This document shows positions 1 through 7,634 of a stretch of 13,815 bases of DNA, piece after piece. The notes under the pieces were generated by a model that searched no databases, was not told the DNA's origin, and saw only the letters and a list, made by a program, of their open reading frames with translations. The number at the start of each line of letters is the position of its first letter. Within the stretch, counting starts at the first letter, position 1. This DNA is from Octopus sinensis (Eukaryota). The stretch covers positions 1 through 13,815 of the forward strand of contig NW_021825959.1 in NCBI RefSeq assembly GCF_006345805.1, written 5' to 3'. The position numbers and the translations under genes are program-made.

Positions 1-49
1 AAGTCATTCTCTTTGCAAAACTTTTGTACGAAATATATTTTCGTTTAAA
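1..49 (+). CDS. Candidate coding exon (5' end outside window), unknown protein
   Basis: Open frame VILFAKLLYEIYFRL(K) ends at a donor AA|GTAAGA (50-55). Phase 2 matches the next candidate exon. No homology recognised. Confidence 0.4.
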
Positions 50-109
50 GTAAGAAATATTTGATCTTCTCAGAATGATATTTGGATTTAATTAGTAATT
101 TTTGACCAG

Positions 110-222
110 AAAATGGAGCACATTGATGAGAAGAGTATCGAATTCACACAAAGATAAATGTATTCGAGGTTGCCCGAACTGTGAACCAATCTTGATATAT
201 TCCGGCAGTTTTAAGACTTGTG
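110..222 (+). CDS. Candidate internal coding exon, unknown protein
   Basis: Acceptor ttttgaccAG (108-109) and donor TG|GTAATG (223-228). Open frame KWSTLMRRVSNSHKDKCIRGCPNCEPILIYSGSFKTC. The upstream intron would be 60 nt. Confidence 0.45.
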
Positions 223-290
223 GTAATGCAAGTATACTGTGTACTGATCATTCTATTAATTTCTGAAGGGAAGGAATTGTGTTTATATAG

Positions 291-350
291 TTTATACAAA
301 CATTCAGTCTAGAAAACTAGACTCATTTACAAGGCAAGAATCGCTGCGAG
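291..350 (+). CDS. Candidate internal coding exon, unknown protein
   Basis: Acceptor gtttatatAG (289-290) and donor GAG|GTATGT (351-356). The only open frame, (V)YTNIQSRKLDSFTRQESLR, is the one required by the upstream phase-1 junction. The intron would be 68 nt. Confidence 0.45.
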
Positions 351-622
351 GTATGTTTTTCATTTATTTTATATACATAGTTTGATTTATTGTATATACT
401 TAGTTTGGTAAATTACATATTAATATATATACGCACTTTAACTCTTATTTTTATGTTCTATTTTGATGCATTCTTACATATCAATCCGAAGTTTGAGCAT
501 TTATGCATTTTACTTACTCCTTCACAAGAAAGACTGTTCATAGGACTCTACCCAATAAGGGCAGTTTTGCCTTTTTCTATTCAAGGGAGTTTTTAACCTA
601 GTGCTTACACTTTTATCTATAG

Positions 623-642
623 CTTTGTCTGCTGCGAGTTAA
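623..642 (+). CDS. Candidate last coding exon (ALSAAS-stop)
   Basis: Pyrimidine-rich acceptor cacttttatctatAG (621-622). Phase-1 joining gives ALSAAS then TAA (640-642). An alternative AAG acceptor at 528 would instead give ERLFIGLYPIRAVLPFSIQGSF-stop. Confidence 0.3.
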
Positions 643-989
643 ATCTTTTAAAATCGAATTATTGCACGTCTATCGATGCTGCCTAAATTTTAATGACGTA
701 AGAATTTTGATTCAGAAGGTAGAACAAAGTCATTAGTATACATTTCAGAAATAGTCACTACAAAGTATCCTAAAAACTTCGTCACATTTCAGTAATTGTG
801 TCCTGGTCAAAATTCCAATGCATGTTAAGAGAATTGTTCAAAGCTTTCACTAAACATATACAACTTTGTAAAATATATTTCTATGCATATGTGTATGATA
901 ATACACATTGTACCAGCATATAAAAGTTTATATAATATAGACATAGATATTCACATATGAATCTCATTCTCTATATCGCTCTCTTATCA

Positions 990-1060
990 TATATTTATGT
1001 GTGTGTATGTTTATATATATATATGTATGTATGTATGTTTGTATGTATGTATATGTATAC
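990..1060. repeat. (TG)/(TA)/(TATG)n compound microsatellite
   Basis: Read directly from the sequence. It lies just upstream of the transposon remnant. Confidence 0.9.
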
Positions 1061-1151
1061 ACAGAGTGCGTAAGGTATTTGAGGACATACAGGTTTTGGG
1101 CAATTGCTGCATTTTTTGCTAACTCTATAATTTTTCTTTCAGAAAATAATA

Positions 1152-2127
1152 ATGGCAGACCCATAGCTTACTCAGGAAAGGAAGAAGCATGCTGTTATTG
1201 TGGTTAAAAAGACTGAGCAAAGTGATTTAGAAATATCTGGAGTTTTAAAATTTGGTAGATCTTTCGTCTACAAAGTTTGTATCAAAGCATAAAAAGCATT
1301 CTGAACACTCTGAAATCATCAGAACACCTGAATTCATCCAGAAAGTTCAACAGACCATTGATTACAATCCCAAAAAGTCCATGAAGTCAATTGCAAAACA
1401 TCGCCATGTCTAAGGACGGAACAGTCGGAAATGGTGTCCACAAAGGCATCAGATATAAGTCTTATATGATGAGGAAAGTCCAAATTGTCAGAAAAAGCAA
1501 AAGAAAATCACTATAACAGATTTAAAGGCTCTTAAACAAACTGAAAATACCAGCAGAAGATTTGATTAGATTTTTCTCAAACGAGAAACACTGACCAAGA
1601 TCAAAAAGTTAACAGTAAAATGACAGATGGTTACGTACAGACCCTTCTGAAGTTCTAAGTGTTATGTATACAAAATTTCCTGCAACTGTCATGGTTTTAT
1701 GGGTTGTCATCAATTAAAGACATGTGATGCCTTCTTACTTCTTTTCACAAGGCCTTAGAGTTAACTCTGCCGCCTACATTGGGGTCCTGGAAATAATTGT
1801 TAAGCCTTGGATAGACAGTGTACGCAAAGGAAGGCCATATGTGTTTCAGTAAGATTCTACACTATCACACATGGCTTTAGTTACACAGGAATGGATAGCT
1901 GAAAATTTTCATGATCACATAATCCCTAACATTTAGTCTACTAATTCCCCAGATCTCAATCCACTGAATTACTACATGTGGATCGTTGTTAAGAGAGATA
2001 TCAATGAACACGCCCACAGCACCAAAGATTCTATGAAAGCTGACATAATCAGAGTAATGTTCAAAATGAACCAGCACCACTTGATTCGAGTATGTAGATT
2101 ATGATTTAGATCTCTCATATAGAGCAG
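1152..2127 (+). mobile_element. Degenerate Tc1/mariner transposase, DD37D (maT-type), with stops and frameshifts
   Basis: Conceptual translation: MADP*LTQERKKHAVIVV...LEISGVLKFGRSFVYKV (HTH-like), IRTPEFIQKVQQTIDYNPKKSMKSIAK, FFSNEK (1571-1588), NDRWL..DPSEV..VMYTKFPATVMV, YVFQ*D (D at 1853-1855), NSPDLNPLNYYMW (third triad position 1967-1969). Exactly 37 codons separate triad positions 2 and 3. The C-terminus and right TIR are replaced by (TA)n. A possible left TIR start CAGAGTG at 1062 is weak. Confidence 0.93.
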
Positions 2128-2162
<35 letters not shown>

Positions 2163-2238
2163 GTGGTGTGTGTGTGTGTTGTGTGTGGTGTGTTATGTCT
2201 GTCTGTCTGTCTGTCTGTATGTATGTATGTATGTATGC

Positions 2239-2288
<50 letters not shown>

Positions 2289-2310
2289 TTATGTATATAT
2301 ATATATATAT
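2128..2310. repeat. Compound microsatellite (TA)n-(TG)n-(TCTG)n-(TATG)n-(TA)n
   Basis: Read directly from the sequence. Confidence 0.95.
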
Positions 2311-2772
2311 AGGAATATGTACTTACATAAGGCCAAAGATGGTACGGACGCCGCTATATATATTATATGTAGAAAAATACAAACTGGGACAAGAACGTAA
2401 AACATTTAGAAGACGATACAAAAAACACGGACGGGACATTCGAAGCCTTCAATCTTCAGTCAAGAACCGGATCATCCTAGCAATTTCGGCTGATTAATTT
2501 TGAGATCGCTCCGATCCGGCCAGCCCCAAGGAAAAACTAAGCTACGAGCATTAGATTTCTTGGAAAAAGGATCGAATGTATACGAAACAGGGACAGAAAA
2601 ACGGACGATTCCACACAAATATAAAATACAAAAAGCAATAAAGTAAAAACAGGACAAAAACAGCGGGTATCTTACGACTAATAGACAGTACAACTTAGTT
2701 TAGCTGGCGTATTTGGAAAAGAATGCCTTTTTCGGCGGACGAAGAGTCTAGTCAATCTTTGAAACCGGAATA
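2311..2772. mobile_element. Probable interspersed repeat remnant, family undetermined (possibly Penelope-associated)
   Basis: CpG-richer, non-low-complexity island bounded by microsatellites. Its last 23 bp (2750-2772) recur exactly at 8323-8345, and it ends in a degenerate hammerhead-like motif. Confidence 0.35.
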
Positions 2773-2956
2773 CACATACACATATTTTTTCATATATTAT
2801 ATATTATATTATATATACACGTATAGTTGCTTATTGATATTTATGTCTTATATATACTTATATACGTGTATATGTTTGTATGAATGTATATTAATAGTAA
2901 TGGTATGACAAAAAAAGAATGAATGAGACCTCGGTATTATGTAAAAAGAGGTATGT

Positions 2957-3462
2957 ATCTGTAATATAATAAGTGACAATTATTCGGTTGCCATAATAAA
3001 ACTCTGAGCTTCGGATGTCGGGGCGGAAAACTGCTCCGGCATCTCGTCAGTTATCAAGGCAATCAAAAAATGCTATGTAAATGACCGTTAAACAAAGAGA
3101 AATTATTGTGTAATTGACTGTTTTTTTAAGACAAAAGAGCCATTAGAATGACCGTTAAATAAGGGGGAAAACCGAAGAGGAGAAAGTAAAAAGTAGAAAG
3201 TAAAAATGCTCATAGAAATCGCATATGCGCGCATGTGCATACATACATATGCGCGCACGCACACCCACGTACATGTGCCTATATACATATGCTCACTCAC
3301 ACGTGAAACACATACATACACACCCACACATACGCCTATACATGCAACCACACATGTACACATATACATATCCGCACACACGCTCGCACACACACACACG
3401 TGCACATACCCATGCGCGCACAATTATATTCAAATACACGTCTGAAAATACGCGCAGACTAT
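2957..3462 (-). repeat. Left arm of a ~506-bp inverted repeat (ribozyme-bearing unit)
   Basis: Reverse complement of 4031-4536. Only 3 differences over 3051-3165 (115 bp), with lower identity in the CA/TA-rich inner half. Confidence 0.95.
2991..3059 (-). ncRNA. Type I hammerhead ribozyme motif, core-mutated copy
   Basis: Minus strand reads CCUUGAUAA-CUGACGA-GAUGCCGG...CCGACAUC-C-GAA-GCUC-A-GAGU-U-UUAUUAUGG. The fold matches 4435-4502, but A15.1 is G and the cleavage triplet is GUU. Confidence 0.7.
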
Positions 3463-3652
3463 GTATGCGTATGCTCATCTAGTAAGGCAGGTTAGACCCC
3501 GCTACATGTCTAAATTCAAGAACTGAACATTTGGATCATGTCTACATATGGCTAAATATTTGTTACGTTTTTGGTATCCCCAAGATCACAGATAGAACCT
3601 TCTCTTTATATTGTATCCACGTACAAGCATTTCATCTCTTCTTATATATATA

Positions 3653-3727
<75 letters not shown>

Positions 3728-3740
3728 TTTTACATACTTA

Positions 3741-3911
3741 TTCGTTTATTCTTTCTTTTATTTAATCAAGCAAATCGACACCAGGACTTATTCTTTGCAA
3801 GCCTAGTATTTATTCTATCGCCCTCTCTTGCCGAACTGCTAGGTGACTGGGACGTAAATACAGCAGCATCGGTTGTCAAGCGATGTTGGGGGTACAAACG
3901 CAGTCATATAC

Positions 3912-3992
<81 letters not shown>

Positions 3993-4030
3993 CACACACA
4001 CACACACACGACGGGCTTCTTTCAGTTTCT
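3741..4030 (-). mobile_element. SINE fragment with internal (TA)n(TG)n(CA)n microsatellite; tRNA head missing
   Basis: Minus strand reads ...gaaactgaaagaagcccgtcg-[microsatellite]-...cttgacaaccgatgctgctgtatttacgtcccagtcacctagcagttcggcaagagag..., recalled as the body of an abundant octopus SINE. It is related to the fragment at 8425-8547 and is cut off at the inner edge of the right inverted arm. Confidence 0.7.
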
Positions 4031-4536
4031 ATAGCATGCGTGTATTTAGGCATGTATTTGAATATAATTGTGCGCGTATGGGTATGTGCACGTGTGTGTG
4101 TGTGCACATGTGTACGCGGATATGTATTTGTATACATGTATGGTTGCATATATATATGCATATATAAGCGTATGTGTGGGTGTGCGTGTATGTGTTTCAC
4201 GCGAGTGTAAGTGATCATATGCATATAGGCACATGTTCGTGTGTTTGCGTGCGCGCATGTGTAGGTGTGTACGTGCGCGCATACTCGATTTCTATGAGCA
4301 TTTTTACTTCCTCATCTTCGATCCCTCATCCCTTATTTAACGGTCATTCTAATGGCTCTTTTGTCTTAAAAAACAGTCAATCACATAATAATTTCTCTTT
4401 GTTTAACGGTCATTTACATAGCATTTTTTGATTGCCTTGATAACTGACGAGATGCCGGAGCAGATTTCCGCCCGACATCCGAAACTCGGAGTCTTATTAT
4501 GGTAACCGATTAATTGACACACATTATATTACAGAT
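4031..4536 (+). repeat. Right arm of the ~506-bp inverted repeat (ribozyme-bearing unit)
   Basis: Reverse complement of 2957-3462. Like the left arm, it contains an internal repeat of TTTAACGGTCATT. Confidence 0.95.
4435..4502 (+). ncRNA. Type I hammerhead ribozyme motif with complete catalytic core
   Basis: Stem I CCUUGAUAA (4435-4443)/UUAUUAUGG (4494-4502), 8 of 9 paired. CUGACGA at 4444-4450. Stem II GAUGCCGG (4451-4458)/CCGACAUC (4472-4479), 7 of 8 paired, plus one extra C (4480). GAAA at 4481-4484. Stem III ACUC-G-GAGU (4484-4492). GUC cleavage triplet at 4491-4493. Confidence 0.82.
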
Positions 4537-4558
4537 GTATATGTGTGTATGTGTGTGT

Positions 4559-4805
4559 GGAGGCGCGTGGTTTAGTGGTTAGAGTGTCAGCACCATGATC
4601 GTAAGATGGTGGTTTCGATTCCTGGACCGGGCGACGCGTTGTGTTCTCGAGCAAAACACTTCATTTCTCGTTGCTCAAGTCCACTCAGCTTGCAAAAATG
4701 AGTAACGCTGCGATGGATGGGCGTCCCGCCCAGCTGGGGAAAACACACGCCATAGAAACCGGGAAGCCGAGCCCATGAGCCTGGATAGGCTTTAAAAGGG
4801 TGCAT
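4559..4805 (+). mobile_element. tRNA-derived SINE, full length, CORE-like central domain
   Basis: A box TGGTTTAGTGG (4568-4578), B box GGTTTCGATTCC (4611-4622), central GTGTTCTCGAGCAAAACACTTCATTT, followed by an (ATT)n-like tail. Confidence 0.88.
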
Positions 4806-4953
4806 ATATTTATTATTATTATATATATATAATTATTATTTGAGGGAATAAAATCCAACTTACAAGGAAAAAGAATTCAATTTAGAAATACTAAATCAAA
4901 TTCCACACAATAAATAATATATAAATGTTAGAAAAAAAAAACCCTTTTATCAA

Positions 4954-5181
4954 TTCGAAATGAATTATTAAATTACACCATCTAGAAAATTACATATAAT
5001 AGAAAAGTTAAAGTTAAAATAACAATTAATAAGTAAAGATTAAGTAAATTACAAGAATAATTATATACATTATATTATTCTTGTAATTTACTTAATCTTT
5101 ACTTTTTATTTGTTATTTTAATTTTAACTTTTCTATTATATGTAATTTTCCAGATGGTGTAATTTAATTATTCATTTTGAA
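4954..5181. repeat. Fold-back palindrome, 107-bp arms, 14-nt spacer
   Basis: 4954-5060 is the ungapped reverse complement of 5075-5181 with 6 mismatches (4957, 4966, 4984, 5013, 5026, 5030). The arms are not simple-repeat sequence. Confidence 0.97.
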
Positions 5182-5224
5182 AGAATGGAGCTGAACGACG
5201 AATTAACAAAATTCCTTTATTTTC

Positions 5225-5237
5225 GACATATGTTTCG
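5225..5237 (-). other. 3' half of a hammerhead-like motif (CGAAACAUAUGUC); CUGANGA half absent
   Basis: GAAA, then the palindrome ACAUAUGU, then GUC on the minus strand. The upstream region holds a TATTCCT/AGGAATA hairpin (5247-5268) but no CUGANGA box. Confidence 0.4.
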
Positions 5238-5444
5238 AAGGCTGCATATTCCTAATTGCGAAGGAATAAGGAGTATTCATATATTTATATATTTAAAATA
5301 AACATACAAATTTCCACACGAAAACACGTAATCTATGCCCTAGGCACGTAACTTCAACCATGTTTTTTCTGATGTGAATTTGCTACCCAGGTATCGGTTA
5401 ATTCGAATTATCCTTAATAAGATAATTCATTCAACTACTCAAAT

Positions 5445-5452
5445 ATTCATAC

Positions 5453-5485
<33 letters not shown>

Positions 5486-5526
5486 CAAGCATATACTTGG
5501 ATATGCATATATAAATGTGCATACCT

Positions 5527-5560
<34 letters not shown>

Positions 5561-5570
5561 GTATATATAA
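5445..5570. repeat. (TA)n/(CA)n compound microsatellite
   Basis: Read directly from the sequence. Confidence 0.9.
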
Positions 5571-5959
5571 ACTTACATCATACTTTGATTCATATGTAAA
5601 TGCGTATATAATAAAAGAGTAGCATTATAACTATGGGAAATAGTAAGCACATGAAACGTTGAAGGTGAGTTATATGAAGGAAAGAAACGCAAAAATGCCA
5701 AATGAATGAAAGCGCTGCACTGAATAATAAAGAACTGCGAGAATAAGGCGATGTCTTTTATGGAAGATGTACGAAAGATTAGAGCAGCAATTATTTGTAT
5801 TGTTATGAGCAACTGATAGATATTTCTGTGCGATATTGTCTATTATATGCTGTAAGACAGTGGAACTAATTGCTGCTTTGTATGATTCACTATAAACACA
5901 GGTAATACTTTTTTTTTCCATGAAATATCACTTCAATGCATTCTTGTTATAAGCAAACG

Positions 5960-6136
5960 CTTGTTACACACACACGCGCACATACGCATGTGTGCTTGTA
6001 TTTAAGTATACATATATATGTATATGTATGTATATTGATAGATAAACTCATACACACACACACACACACACGAACATATACACAAACGCACACACTCACA
6101 CACATATATATATATAAATGTGTATCTGTATATATT

Positions 6137-6178
<42 letters not shown>

Positions 6179-6303
6179 TTATATATTAACATACACAACA
6201 CACACACACACGTATATATATATAATTATATATATTATATATATTTCGTTTGAATTTTCGATTTTTGGAATTCTCACTTCGTTCCGTCTCTTTCCTCCCA
6301 GTT

Positions 6304-6349
<46 letters not shown>

Positions 6350-6385
6350 ATATATATATATATTATATATTGTATGTATATTGTA
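5960..6385. repeat. (CA)n/(TA)n low-complexity block
   Basis: Read directly from the sequence. Confidence 0.9.
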
Positions 6386-6618
6386 ATGTATGCTACTTTA
6401 TTAAAAATAACTCGAGGCAGATATTTTAAAATACACACATACCCTACTAAAAAGTGTTATGCTTTGGAAATGAGTGGCTTACGAGATCAGAAGCAGAAGA
6501 ATTCTTCAGCCGAACAGCAAGTATAGGAAATCTGAGTTCAAATGTTATATACTCTCACGACAAAGGAAAATTCGTTCAGAATTTTCATCGAGTATTTTTG
6601 TGTGCGTAGAATATAGTA

Positions 6619-6855
6619 GGCAGCGAGCTGGCAGAAACGTTAGCACGCCGGGCGAAAGGATTAGCGGCTTTTCTTCTGCCGCTACGGTCTGAGTTCAAAT
6701 TCCGGTGAGGTCGACTTTGCTTTTCATCCTTCCGAGGTCGATTAAATAAGTACCAATTACGCACTGGGGTCGATATAATCGACTTAATCCCTTGTCCTTT
6801 TTGGTCTTTGTTTGTCCTCACAGTGTGTAGCACCTTGTGGGCAGTAAAGAAATAA
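6619..6855 (+). mobile_element. tRNA-derived SINE, full length (octopus-type)
   Basis: Head GGCAGCGAGCTGGCAGAAACGTTAGC (A-box-like), B box GAGTTCAAATTCC, central GGTCGACTTTGCTTTTCATCCTTCCGAGGTCGATTAAATAAGTACC, A-rich tail AAAGAAATAAGAAA. The exact family name was not determined. Confidence 0.88.
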
Positions 6856-7054
6856 GAAACGTTAACACTCCAGGCGAGATGCTTAGTGTATTTCGTCTGT
6901 TTTTACCTTCTGATTTCTAATTCCGCAGAGGTCGACTTTGCTTTTCATTCTTTCTGATTTGATAAATTAAGTATTAATTGCGTGCTGGGGTCTATCTTAA
7001 TCTACTGTCCCCAACTCCCCAAATTTCAGGCCTTGTGCCTAGAGTAGAATAAAG
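6856..7054 (+). mobile_element. Second, more diverged SINE of the same group fused head-to-tail to the previous copy
   Basis: Starts AGAAACGTTAACACTCCAGGCGAGATGCTTAG and repeats GAGGTCGACTTTGCTTTTCAT. Its 3' end is different (CCCCAAATTTCAGGCCTTGTGCCTAGAGTAGAA). Confidence 0.82.
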
Positions 7055-7075
7055 TAGGTTAATAAATACATTTTT

Positions 7076-7203
7076 AATCCGAACTTAAAAGTATGAATAC
7101 AGACATTTCTTGAAATATTCCAAGAGCGTTTCATTTTAAATCCGAACTTAAAAGTATGAATACAGACATTTCTTGAAATATTCCAAGAGCGTTTCATTTT
7201 AAA
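7076..7203 (+). repeat. Perfect 63-bp tandem duplication (2 copies)
   Basis: 7078-7140 is identical to 7141-7203 (TCCGAACTTAAAAGTATGAATACAGACATTTCTTGAAATATTCCAAGAGCGTTTCATTTTAAA). Confidence 0.98.
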
Positions 7204-7274
7204 AGACCTACAAAGTACTCCATAAGGAAGCGTTTAGAATAATGGTATCACATTTTGAAATAATGTCGGTAATT

Positions 7275-7350
7275 TTTGAAGGAGGAACAAGTCGAATTCA
7301 TCGAGCTCAGTGCTCAAAGTAGTATTTACTTTATCGACCCCGAAAGGAAG
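7275..7350 (-). mobile_element. SINE central-domain fragment (same group as 6619-6855)
   Basis: Minus strand CTTCCTTTCGGGGTCGATAAAGTAAATAC...CACTGAGCTCGATGAATTCGACTT matches the central domain of 6619-6855. Confidence 0.7.
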
Positions 7351-7634
7351 TAACTTGGAGTATTTTAACTTTAAATTTTGTGCATTCATAGCCTTATTAT
7401 GTGTTAAGCCATAGATAATAGATAAATATCTACTGGCATTTCTGCTCCTCATTATCAAACATTATTAATATCTCTCCTTCGATTATATCCCATCACGTTT
7501 TTCTAGAAGTATATCTTCAGCAATAACTAAACAGTCATGAAAATATCTGAAGCGCGTAATTAATCAAAAGTTTGAGTGAACAGTAACTGGTTGAGAATAA
7601 TTGTAGCGAAGAAAGTAAATACATACCCGATATA

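Noticed and set aside
2378-2443. Peptide YKLGQERKTFRRRYKKHGRDIR loosely resembling the YIG...R..EH half of a Penelope GIY-YIG endonuclease
   Set aside because: No upstream GIY-like strand or Cys motif, the conserved EH reads KH, and downstream frames do not continue the domain. An HMM search of the family consensus would be needed.
2430-2465. Minus-strand CUGAAGA...CGAAU hammerhead-like boxes
   Set aside because: GAAU instead of GAAA, stem II would have a 1-nt loop, and no stem I or stem III pairing was found.
4559-4630. tRNA-like heads here and at 6619 and 8875
   Set aside because: They have A and B boxes but no complete cloverleaf and run into SINE bodies, so they are not called as tRNA genes.
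5612-5670. Strong donor AAG|GTGAGT at 5665 (and CAG|GTAATA at 5902)
   Set aside because: The preceding sequence is closed in all three frames from the nearest plausible acceptor. A non-coding exon cannot be excluded without RNA data.
6451-6610. Stop-to-stop frame KVLCFGNEWLTRSEAEEFFSRTASIGNLSS...
   Set aside because: No convincing acceptor, start codon or recognisable homology. The length is compatible with chance.
7076-7203. Direct repeats as a possible CRISPR-like array
   Set aside because: Two abutting copies with no spacer in eukaryotic DNA. This is a simple tandem duplication.
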